Assembly (NCBI GenBank): GCA_964016885.1
Contig: OZ024743.1
Location: 350,610,001 to 350,674,000, forward strand
Length of the DNA: 64,000 nt
Reading direction: 5' to 3'
Source of the DNA: Eledone cirrhosa
Lineage: Eukaryota
Part shown: in pieces, positions 22,413 through 33,421 of the stretch
Layout of the letters: the number at the start of each line of letters is the position of its first letter
Position numbering within the stretch: the stretch's first letter is position 1
Program-made: the position numbers and the translations under genes
Notes under the pieces: generated by a model
What the model was told of the DNA's origin: nothing
What the model saw: only the letters and a program-made list of their open reading frames with translations
The model's database searches: none

Positions 22413-23933
22413 ATCAATGTTATTTATCTACAGTTAACATTTTTAATATGACATTAATAAACAAGAGAAATTAACAGTTTTTTTAATTACAAAAAGTACT
22501 TAAATTAACTTTAATTTTAGATATTTGGAAAAACTTAACTAGTTAAAAAAAAATTTTAATTTTTAAAAATTGAAATTTCTCCATTTTAGGATGGCAAACA
22601 TATTATTTAGTCTTATAATAATATTAAAATATTAGGGGTTACTGAAAAAGGTGCAAATTTTATGAACAACTAGAAGAAATTTTTTTCAGAGTCCAGCACT
22701 TCCTGCATATACTACTTTAAGGTCGTATTAAATATTATTGGTAATGTAAATATATTTAAATATCCGCCATACTAAAAGGTGCAAAAAATGCAAATCAGCT
22801 GATAGTGTAGATGTGCCGATGGTATTGGAAATTAATTCAGATATCTTCTATCTATTTTGACTCAAAGTTAGATATAATATAAGAAGGCTTTAGGCTGCGT
22901 TAAACATATATTAGATTGGAACAAATAAAGTTTAGTCAAATGTTTATGGACATATATATTTATTGTATAAAGTAATTTCTCAATTGTGAATGCAGATGTC
23001 ATCAAATGAATACATAATTGTGTGGCAAAGTTTATAGTGTATGCATGGAATACAAAATTACCTTTGTTAGTAGTCAAAACTTTACAGGCGTTATATTTTC
23101 TGTGCAAAGTACAACAGAATGTAACGTGTTCTTATTTAGAATTGTCTGTGGAACTGGATGCATGTTGAAAACGACTAGTAAGCGAGTTCACTCAGTGAGG
23201 AAACTTTAGATGACTTTAAAGCTTTTGTGAGGGCAGCAGATTAAAACATCTTCTCTATTGAAAACATTCTACTGAACTTACGTTGTGGGAACAGCGAACT
23301 GACCCTGCCTCTTGGCTGAGAGACCTCGCTGAACTGAACTTTTCAGTTTAAAGTTATGCTGTCATCGACCAACATTTACTTGTTCGTGATTGGTCAATTT
23401 CTAAGTTCAACTAGTGTATTATGAGTAGTAGTCAAATCCTCGGAATTCAGAAAACTATGTCTTTCCAAGAATTGATGTGAAATTGAAAGTAGTGTTTTCG
23501 ACGAATTGGAGTGGAGAACCTGTGTACACTACAATAGTACTTGTTCATTTATACATTGCACCTTTGGCATTTTCTTTGCACCTTTTTCAGAAAACCCAAA
23601 ATATTAATGGTAATGTAAATATTTATTTTTTTTAAGGAACTCGGAGTTTGTTTTACGGAACCCCAAGGTTGCGCGGAACCCATGTTGGTGACCACTGCCT
23701 TACACTACACACTTCGATCACATTGAAACTTATTTAATAAGTTTAAATTTTAAACACTTTTTATTCAGACGTACATACCTCGATAAGGAAATAGATATAT
23801 TCTAAAGAAAAATCCGGGCTATAGCGAGTATTACCGCGATAGGAAATTGGTTACGTTCCAAAGAAAAATCCGCGATGTAGCGGGACTACGAAAAGTGAAC
23901 CGCGATATAGCGGGGGATTACTGTATATATATG

Positions 23934-24417
23934 TCTATGTCTATAAAGTTATATTCCTGTCTGTTTGTTTGTTCACGAACTACTCCTATGGTTTTGGAGA
24001 TAGACCCCCATAACTATATATATTCTAAAACTACATTGCCCAGGGTACTTGAATAAGTATATCTTAATCAAAGGGTTCCCCGGAGGCACAAAACCCCCAC
24101 TGAATTTTTTTTCCCTTCGATTTATATGATATTAAGCCATAGGTAAATGACAAGATATGATGCCTATTCACAAAAGTTTTGAATTTATATTTTGAAAAGA
24201 ATTATTTACCAGAAACAAGAACAAGATTTAATAATGTAATTTTGATTTGATATATTACAAAAAATGTTTTCCAATTTTCATGCAGTACATTTTACATTGA
24301 GTAATATTGAAATGCAGAGTTTTTTCTCCATAAATTATATCACTGATTTAAAATCAATCATCATTTTCTTACAAAAAAAAGGTGTGAAACGCAGCAGGGC
24401 GTCGGTAATTCGGCTAG
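23934..24417 (+). mobile_element. Non-autonomous Helitron-like element
   Basis: 5' TCTATGTCTATAAAG..CTGTCTGTTTGTTTG. 3' GC-rich subterminal stretch followed by CTAG|T (24414-24418). A second partial copy ends at 27888. Confidence 0.6.
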
Positions 24418-24834
24418 TATATATATATGTGAAAAACCGGATTTAAAAACTCTCGTTGATATCCTGTATTTAGTGAGCTAAAAAAAACTTAAGAATATTT
24501 TTTAAATATGCCAAGAAATATGTTTTCCATCGTATTCACGTGAAAATAATTAAAAAAAAACGAAGATATTGTCTATCTAAATAAAGCTATTTGTGAAATC
24601 AAATTCACTTTAAAATATTTCTAAATAATTAAAATATTCTTTTTAACAAAAGCAAAAATATAAACACCTACTGTTTAACACCAACTGGTATTTTTCAGTG
24701 ATATTCACTTAATGATTTTCTGATAATTAAAATATCGTCTGTTTAAAGCAGACTCAAATATAGATACTTGAAGTACAAACAACTTGTAGTTTTGAAATCA
24801 TATTCACTGGGAAATCACTGAAAAATCTTTTTTT

Positions 24835-24906
24835 AATAATTATTGTTTCTATTTTAGGCACAAGGCCAGCAATAACCCAGTACATTACTGGTACTTTATT
24901 TTATCG
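24835..24906 (-). mobile_element. SINE 3' fragment at the Helitron truncation point
   Basis: ATTGTTTCTATTTTAGGCACAAGGCCAGCAAT..TACTTTATTTTATCG is joined directly to Rep coding sequence. Confidence 0.8.
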
Positions 24907-25409
24907 TTGGTTGAATTCATTCTCATGGTTCATTATTCGATATGCATAGTAGCGCATTGGCGTCAACTTCTTGTTGTTGCTCATTAACAGCTCATGATGC
25001 CATCCGTCATCGCCAAAAGGAAAAGATAGAACATACTGCAAACTGTCATAGGACCGATGGGACTCTGAGATTATTTGCAATTGTCCGCCTTTTTCTTTCA
25101 ACACAATGTGCCGTGCTTTTGCTTGAAGTTCGGTGCTGTTTTGTATAATAACGGCAACTTCGTTTGCAGTTTGTGCATTGAATATTCTCTCTTGTTCCAT
25201 TGCTGGTCTCCTATCAGGATCAATAATAGTCGAAGCTTCGGGAATATTTTTAGTTTGTTCTTTTGCCATTCAAAATGAAGCAACGTAAGGGTTATATTGT
25301 CTGAGTATTATTTCCAATAATTCAAATATGTCGCGCTGAATGCCATCGTTATGGACTATCCTGAGGATCCAAGAAGTAAATTTGAAGAAATTGGGGCTGT
25401 TCGTTGGGA

Positions 25410-27125
25410 TTAGGGGTTAAGTAACCGACATAATGGTGAATTTGACCATGAATAACGATAGAAGGATTCCATCCACTCCTTGAGGAACTCCCCCCCCCCC
25501 CCCACCCGAGATGTCATTTGGAACAGGCAGTTGTATTGTCTGAGGTTCTTCCTGAACTCGTTTGCCCTAGTTTGATCAGTACTAAATAAACTGTGAAGTT
25601 CCTGGGGTAAAGGCTGCAGATTCCCCAACCTGACTTTTCCATTCATACAGCAAAAGTTAGCTGTATCACCAGGAAAAAGCATTGCATGACAACAGACACA
25701 GATCTTATTCATCTGTCCAACATCAGCAGAGAGGTCATGTCGTTGAACTGTCCTTGCTCTATCCCTAATGGTTTGTTGGCAAAGACGTTCAGTTCTCCGA
25801 GCGTCCGATTCATGATCTCTCCTTCTGTCTCTTTCCCTCTGTTCCGCCTGACGCTCAGCTCTCCGACCATCCGATTCATGATCTCTCCTTCTTCTGTCTC
25901 TTTCCCTCTGTTCCGCCTGACGCTCAGCTCTCCGACCATCCGATTCATGATCTCTCCTTCTTCTGTCTCTTTCCCTCTGTTCCGCCTGACGCTCAGCTCT
26001 CCGACCATCCGATTCATGATCTCTCCTTCTTCTGTCTCTTTCCCTCTGTTCCGCCTGACGCTCAGCTCTCCGACCATCCGATTCATGATCTCTCCTTCTT
26101 CTGTCTCTTTCCCTCTGTTCCGCCAGACGTTCAGCTCCCCGACCTTCCGATTCATGATCTCTCCTTCTTCTGTCTCTTTCCCTCTGTTCCGCCTGACGCT
26201 CAGCTCTCCGACCATCCGATTCATGATCTCTCCTTCTTCTGTCTCTTTCCCTCTGTTCCGCCTGACGCTCAGCTCTCCAACCATCCGATTCATGATCTCT
26301 CCTTCTTCTGTCTCTTTCCCTCTGTTCCGCCTGACGCTCAGCTCTCCGACCATCCGATTCATGATCTCTCCTTCTTCTGTCTCTTTCCCTCTGTTCCGCC
26401 TGATGCTCAGCTCTCCGACCATCCGATTCATGATCTCTCCTTCTTCTGTCTCTTTCCCTCTGTTCCGCCAGACGTTCAGCTCCCCGACCTTCCGATTCAT
26501 GATCTCTCCTTCTTCTGTCTCTTTCCCTCTGTTCCGCCTGACGCTCAGCTCTCCGACCATCCGATTCATGATCTCTCCTTCTTCTGTCTCTTTCCCTCTG
26601 TTCCGCCTGACGCTCAGCTCTCCAACCATCCGATTCATGATCTCTCCTTCTTCTGTCTCTTTCCCTCTGTTCCGCCTGACGCTCAGCTCTCCGACCATCC
26701 GATTCATGATCTCTCCTTCTTCTGTCTCTTTCCCTCTGTTCCGCCAGACGTTCAGCTCCCCGACCTTCCGATTCATGATCTCTCCTTCTTCTGTCTCTTT
26801 CCCTCTGTTCCGCCTGACGCTCAGCTCTCCGACCATCCGATTCATGATCTCTCCTTCTTCTGTCTCTTTCCCTCTGTTCCGCCAGACGTTCAGCTCCCCG
26901 ACCTTCCGATTCATGATCTCTCCTGTTTCTGTCTCTTTCCCTCTGTTCTGCCAGACGCGCAGCCCTTGCTTCATCAGTCTCATTGATCCTTCTATTCGCA
27001 TGCCTGTCCTGATCTTGTTGGCGTTGACCACTATCTTGATCACCTTCTTCGGCTCTCCTTAGCCGTGCTTTCTTTCCACTATCGATAGACCAACCAGATG
27101 TTTTCTTTCTTCCTCGTCGAGGCAT
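25410..27125 (-). pseudogene. Helitron RepHel N-terminal ORF (571 aa) with STPR-like repeats and Zn-finger-like motif
   Basis: ORF track. The frame shifts at the C14 run (25490-25503), and homology continues in other frames to about 24907. Confidence 0.85.
25770..26985. repeat. 69-bp coding tandem repeat, 17-18 copies
   Basis: Unit TCCGATTCATGATCTCTCCTTCTTCTGTCTCTTTCCCTCTGTTCCGCCTGACGCTCAGCTCTCCGACCA reads ESDGRRAERQAEQRERDRRRRDH on the minus strand. Confidence 0.97.
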
Positions 27126-27518
27126 TATTTAAGAATCGAAAATCGTATTCACCTTATAAAAAATTCCTATTACCTCAACAAATATTTTTTTTAAATCATC
27201 ATTTAGAAATATTTCTAAATAATGAAAATATTGTCTGTTTAAACAACTCGTATTTTTCAAATCATATTCACTTAAAAAATACTTATTAATAATTAAAATA
27301 TTCTGTTTAAAGAAAGCTGAAATATATATACTCGGGGAACCCTAATAGGGGGTTAAACCCCTTATTAGAGTTCCCCGGAGGCACAAACCCCCGCTGAAAA
27401 TTTTTTCCCTTCGATTTATATGAAATTTAAACCATAGATATGATGCCTATTCACAAAAGTTTTGAATTTATATTTTGAAAAAAATTATTTACAAGAAACA
27501 AGAATAAGATTTAATAAT

Positions 27519-27692
27519 TGTTTCTACTTTAGGCACAAGGCCAGCAATAACCAGTACATTACTGGTACTTTTTATTTTATCGACCCCGTAAGGATGAAAG
27601 GCAAAGTTAACCTCGGCGGGATTTGAACTCAGATTGTAAAGGGACGTAACTATACTAGAAAGCATGGCGTCCAACCCTCTACCGATACTGCC
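27519..27692 (-). mobile_element. tRNA-derived SINE with 10-bp TSD
   Basis: ATTTAATAAT on both sides (27509-27518, 27693-27702). The empty site is present in the paralogous segment near 24226-24235. Confidence 0.93.
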
Positions 27693-29411
27693 ATTTAATA
27701 ATGTAATTTTGATTTGATATATTACAAAAAATAATGTTTTCCAATTTTTCATGCATTACATTTTACATTGAGTAATATTGAAATGCAGAGTTTTTTCTCC
27801 ATAAATTATATCACTGATTTAAAATCAATCATCATTTTCTTACAAAAAAAAGGTGTGAAACGCAGCAGGGCGCCGGTAATTCGGCTAGTATATATATATG
27901 TGAAAAACCGGATTTAAAAATTCTCGTTGATATCCTGTATTTAGTGAGCTAAAAAAAACTTATTAATAATTAAAATATTCTGTTTGAAGAAAACTGAAAT
28001 ATATATACTCAGTGTACAAATAATTTGTATTTTTTAAGTCATTTTCATTTAAGAATATTTTTTAAATATGCCAAGAAATGTTTTCCATCGTATTCACTTG
28101 AAAATAATTTTAAAAAAATGAATAGATATTGTCTATGTAAATAAAGCTATTTGTGAAATCAAATTCACTTTAAAATATTTCTAAATAATTGAAATATTCT
28201 TTTTAACAAAAGCAAAAATATAAACACCTGCTGTTTAAACCAACTGGTATTTTTCAGTGATATTCACTTCATTATTTTCTGATAATTAAAATATCGTCTG
28301 TTTAAAGAAAGCTCAAATATAGATACTTGAAGTACAAACAACTTGTAGCTTTGAAATCATATTCACTGGGAAATCACTGAACATCTTTTTTTAATAATTA
28401 TTAAAAATATTTCTTGAATGATGAAAATAGTTTATGTCGATTTACGTCAAACTTGTTTTATCCCAATTTCAGGGTTATATCACTTACAGGGCTATTTTTC
28501 CATTATGCACCGTTTTGGCTATTTACGAAGGTATCCTACACACACACAAATATACATATATGTCTCTAACTTAAGTACTGTTACACACACACATACACAC
28601 ACACGTCTCTAAGTACGTAAACACATGCACTGGCACACATACACATACAGATACACACGGTGACAGTAGAACTGTGAAAGAGAGAGAAAGAAATAACGTT
28701 ATAGATAGGGGGGGGGGGGGGGGTTAAAATAAATAAAAGTTAAGGACGCTGTCTCTTTCCCGATCTGTCATCCCCCTCTCTCTCTCTCTCATTCCCTCAC
28801 ACTCTCTCTCATTCCCTCACTCTCTCTCTTTCTCTCACTCATCCTCACTCTCTCTTTCTCTCTCTCACCCCTTCTCTGTCTCTCTTACCTACAGAATAGA
28901 CAACCAAAAAACAAACGGATTATTTCTTTCGATATTCATTATAAAATAAGATAAATTGAATTTAGATGAATTCCTTGGTATTTTTGGAAAATTGAAAATA
29001 TTTTCCATGTGCGATTTACGCCAAACTTGTTTGATTCAGAGTATTTTCTCATTATGCAATGTTTAGGCTATTTACGAAGTTTTGCAGGGTTATGTTAATT
29101 TCGAGGTATTTTCCCAGTATGCACCGTCGTGGCTATTTACCAAGGTACCCCAAAAACCCGCGAACTCGGGAACACGGGGTCAGATTTTCGTGAAACTTAT
29201 TTTATTCAATTTGTATTCCCATTTCAGAGGCAACTTGCTTTCAAAGTATTTACCCATTATGCGCCCTTTTGGCTGTATTGCATAACAGACAAGCATGCAA
29301 GATCAGAGTTTTAGTATATAGATAGATAAGCCACTGTGTGTGTTGATAGATGAATATATACAAATGAACACACAAAGAAGTGTGTTTTGAATTACATTGG
29401 GTGAAAACCAT

Positions 29412-29893
29412 ATCATCATCATCATCATCATCATTTTACGTCCGCTTTTCCCTGCTTGCAAGGGTGGGACGGGTCTTATTCAGCACAGCATCTCTCCACT
29501 CGTCACGGTCCCTCGTCATCTCCACCGTGAGCTTCAATGATCTGAGGTCTGTTCTCACCACCTCCGCCCATGTTTTTCGTGGTCTACCTCTACCACGTCT
29601 TCCTTCAACTGGCATTTCCTGGCACTTCTTCACCCATCGGTCATCCTCCATGCGCATCACATGTCCATACCACCTCAGTCTCCTCTCCCGTACACTACAT
29701 TCTATCCCTCTCAGACACAGTTTCTCTCAACACATTTATGCTGGGTCGTTCACGCACATTTACACTGCACATCCAACGGAGCATGCCTGCCCCATTTCTC
29801 TCCAGCCGTCGCACATCGTCTGCGGTTGCTGCCCATGTCTCACTACCATGCAGCATCGCGCTCCTCACACAGGCATCATACAACCGGCCTTAT
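29412..29893 (-). mobile_element. RTE LINE 3' fragment
   Basis: MLHGSETWAAT, MMRMEDDRWVKKC..GRGRPRKTW, and a (GAT)n tail. Confidence 0.88.
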
Positions 29894-30502
29894 ATATCCT
29901 ATTTGCAACAACATAGCTCGCCATTTTTCATTCATATATATATATATATGTATGACTTCTACATGACTAAAGCTGTTTCATTCATATGAAATCATCAGGA
30001 ATATCAGATAAAGTTGGTCAGTTCTGGTTATTTATAGATCTCAGTTGGTAGTTGAGGGTGATGGGTGGTTCCAATCTAGTGGTGGATGGGGATGAGGAAA
30101 GGGAGAGATCACTTGATTAATGAGGAGTGGAGAGGAGGGAAGAGGATAAAGAAGGGGATGGGGAAGAAGAAGAAGCAGGGAAAGAAGAGTGCTAGTGGTA
30201 TATGAGAGGAGAGGGGACAAAGCTAGTTGTCATGTATATAGGAAAAAATATTTTTTAAATATGCATGACTAGTTTTGGTCTAGTAAACAAGTGGGTAGAA
30301 AAACAACATTTTTTGTGCTGAATTGGATGTGTTAAACTACTTTCCTAGAATTTACCTCAATCATAATGAACACAATCCTAGGAAAATATCTTTTTTGTCC
30401 TTAGTCACCAAGTTGTGAGGTTGGTATCATTCAATTCATGGACAATATAAAGACACTCAAGAACAAAACTAATAAGATAAATAAATAGACAGAGCCCTGT
30501 AG

Positions 30503-31517
30503 CGTGTGTGTGTGTGTGTGTTTATGTGTGGTGTGGAAACGTGGGAATGTATGGTTGCGTGTGTGCGAAAATAGTGTAAATGTTTGTGTGTGTTTGTATA
30601 TGTTTGTGTTCCTGAATGGGTTTCCGGTGTGAGTGTAGAAGGATATAAAGACACTCAAGAACAAAACTAATAAGATAAATAAAAAGATAGACCCCTCTGC
30701 CACACACATATACAGAATAAGTAGGAAAGAGAGGAGAGAGAGAGAGATGTATATATACTTAATTTTTGTATTTGTTTTTCAAGATTTTTATGTGAAAACG
30801 TGTTGAAGCAGATATTATTATTCTTTGGCAGGGTCATACTGCCAATTACAGACACACACATCAGTTCACTTCAGTCTATTATTATAATTCCCCAGTCAAT
30901 TAGTTTATCAACTGGATGGTTGTTTAGTTGTTGGTTGTCAAAGATCTTTCATCACACATTCTGTAACCTCTTTGTATCTTCTTTTTGTTCTATTTTACAC
31001 CATATTGTCTTTGTGAGCTGTGTATTTGTATCATGTTACACCAGGGTGTGTGTGCTTTTTATTTATGTATTTATTCATTCGTTTATTTGTTTAAATAATC
31101 TTACATATACGAAGAATAAGTAGGAAAGAGAGAGAGAAGATTAATTAAACAAATAAACGAATGAATAAATACATAAATAAAAAGCATACACACCCTGGTG
31201 TAACATGATACAAATACACAGCTCACAAAGACAAGATGGTGTAAAATAGAACCAAAAGAAGACACAAAGTAGTCACTAAGGAGGTCACAGAATCTGTGAT
31301 GAAAGATCTTTGACAACCAACAACTAAACAACCATCTAGTTGATAAACTAACTGACTGGGGAATTATAATAATAGACTGAAGTGAACTGATGTGTGTGTC
31401 TGTGTATGTAATTGGCAGTATGACCCTGCCAAAGAATAACAATATCTGCTTCAACACATGTTTTCACATGAAAATCTTGAAAAACAAATACAAAATTAAG
31501 TATATATACATCTCTCT

Positions 31518-31599
<82 letters not shown>

Positions 31600-31810
31600 T
31601 ACTTATTCTGTATATGTGTGTGTGTGTGGCAGAGGGGTCTGTCTTTTTATTTATCTTATTAGTTTTGTTTTTGAGTGTCTTTATATCCTTCTACACACAC
31701 ACCGGAAAACCATTCAGGAACACAAACATATACAAACACTTACACCATTTTCGCACACATGCAACCATACATTCCCACATTTCCACACCACACATAAACA
31801 CACACACACA
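30503..31810. repeat. Long inverted repeat (arms of about 600-670 bp, 34-bp spacer)
   Basis: 30503-31102 is the reverse complement of 31137-31810. The ORF track shows near-identical peptides on opposite strands (30800+ and 31457-). Confidence 0.95.
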
Positions 31811-32193
31811 CGTGTGTATCCTCACATACACTCACTCTGCCTCTGGATTCCGCATGCTCTCCCCCACCTCATCCGACTTCTATCCACATGCACACGCGCA
31901 CACACATACCTACACTCCACCCCAGTGTACACAATAGTTTTCCAAAACCCAAGCATGCAACCCCGCTCTCCCTCAGACTCTCACACTTACATCCACACAT
32001 ACATACACACACACACACCCCACCTTCTGCCCTACCCCCTCGGACCCCCTTTTTCCTCCTCCCCCTCCATCCATCCAGCACCTCTACATGCCTCACATCT
32101 TTTCACCACTTGTTTTTAACTTTTATTTTCCAACTCAAGTGTTATTTTTTTTCCACTTCCTCCTCCTCCTCCTTCTCCTTCCCACCACTCTCC

Positions 32194-32219
32194 TGATGAA
32201 GGGCTTATGCCGAAACGTC
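32194..32219 (+). ncRNA. Minimal hammerhead-ribozyme-like core (Penelope terminal-repeat type)
   Basis: CTGATGA-AG-GGC-TTAT-GCC-GAAA-CGTC: both core boxes, stem II and a GUC triplet are present. Stem I pairing is poor. Confidence 0.5.
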
Positions 32220-32297
32220 GCACCTACACCCTCTCAATAAGCGTGAACTTAACGCCTTTCATAACCTTTACTCCTGTGTTGTTTTTTACTTTCCTAT

Positions 32298-32615
32298 ATA
32301 CAAAAACAAGATGGCGTAGAACAGAACAAAGGAGAGGCACAAAAACAAAGAAAAGAATCCCCAGTCACTGAAGAGGTCACAGAATGTGTGACGAAAGAAC
32401 TTTGACAATATACGAACAATCGTCTGGTTGTGCAACCAACCAACCGGAAATTTATAAATTCTTGAATTTATAAATTTAATTTATAATAAATTGAAGTGAA
32501 AGCAACTGGTGTGTGTGTTTCTTATTGGCAACATGACCCTCCCAAAGCATAACAATATCGGTTTCAACACACGTTTTCAGATAAAGAATCTTGCTAAACA
32601 AATTCAGAAACGAAA
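32298..32615 (+). repeat. Dispersed repeat related to the palindrome arms
   Basis: Shares GAGGTCACAGAATGTGTGA..TTTGACAA..ATTGGCAACATGACCCTCCCAAAG with 31230-31500, 40030-40230 and 55050-55190 (-). Confidence 0.8.
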
Positions 32616-33421
32616 TATATATCATCATCATCATTTCATTTTACGTCTTTGCCTTTCATCCTTACGGGGTCGATAAAATAAAGTACCAGTAATGCACTGG
32701 ATAATTGCTGGCCTTGTGCCAAAAGTAGAAACAATTATCTTTCACTATCAAAAAATTCTCTAAAAAGGCTACAGAATGGATTTCCAAATAAGGGCACAAA
32801 AATTTAGTGAAAATTTGTTCACGTGACAGCCATAATTTCATTTATAACCAACCAAAAAAAAGCCTTCGTGAGCCTCCTTTTTTCAAGTAAAAAGAAATTC
32901 AAACACTCATATATGAAAAAACAACCTGTGACAACCCCCCCCCCCCCCCCCCTCTTATTTGAAGAACTATTGTAACGCGAACTGGCGCGAAATTTATTAT
33001 AATTATTGACAAACCAATCAAATTACTTCTCGAAAAACCTGGCATTTCGAGCCACTTTTTCCATATAAAACAAGTAACATTCAGAGACCAACCAGATGTG
33101 AGAAAAACCACAGACCCTCCATCTCAACTCACCTTTTGAAAAGCAGAAGAACTGCGAAACCGGTAAAGGAACCAAATAAATATATATATTTAAAAAAAAA
33201 AAATAAGACTCCAGTTGCATTTTCGATTTCATCTCTTTTTCTTTATGCTTTCACTCGTGTAGGACACCTCGGTTATTTTTCATTTTGTAAAAAAAACCTC
33301 ACTTTCTAATATATATATATATATAGATATATATATATAAAACACTAACTAATGTTATCATGTTTCTTTGGCTGCTTCTTTCAGATATTTCTGAATCAGA
33401 TCATTTAAATTAAGAGCTATC

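Larger units (their letters stand above)
20087..23697 (-). mobile_element. Full-length hAT (Buster/Charlie-type) transposon
   Basis: TIRs CAATGGTCGCCAAC / GTTGGTGACCACTG and a perfect 8-bp TSD CCTTACAC (20079-20086, 23698-23705). Confidence 0.95.
19690..23923. mobile_element. Tigger/pogo-like MITE (about 0.6 kb) split by the hAT insertion
   Basis: TIRs CAGTAATCCCACGTTTATCG (19690) / CGATATAGCGGGGGATTACTG (ends 23923), TA on both sides. Confidence 0.8.
24907..29322 (-). mobile_element. Helitron 5' portion (RepHel N-terminus), truncated
   Basis: Minus-strand 5' end A|TCTATATACTAAAAC at 29322. ORF from 27125 has 23-aa repeats, then CVCCHAMLF..CCMNGKV, FRKNLRQYNCLFQMTS, GQIHH, QFLQIYF, EVAVII, HRSYDSLQYVLSFPFGDDGWH and YYAYRI. 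Confidence 0.9.

Noticed and set aside
25686-27062. 458-aa + strand ORF and 444-aa alternative - strand ORF
   Set aside because: Shadow frames of a stop-free 69-bp repeat. Only the 25410-27125 frame runs into Helitron motifs.
30800-31457. Pair of similar hydrophobic 107-aa and 118-aa ORFs on opposite strands
   Set aside because: A by-product of the inverted repeat, with non-ATG starts and no recognisable domain.
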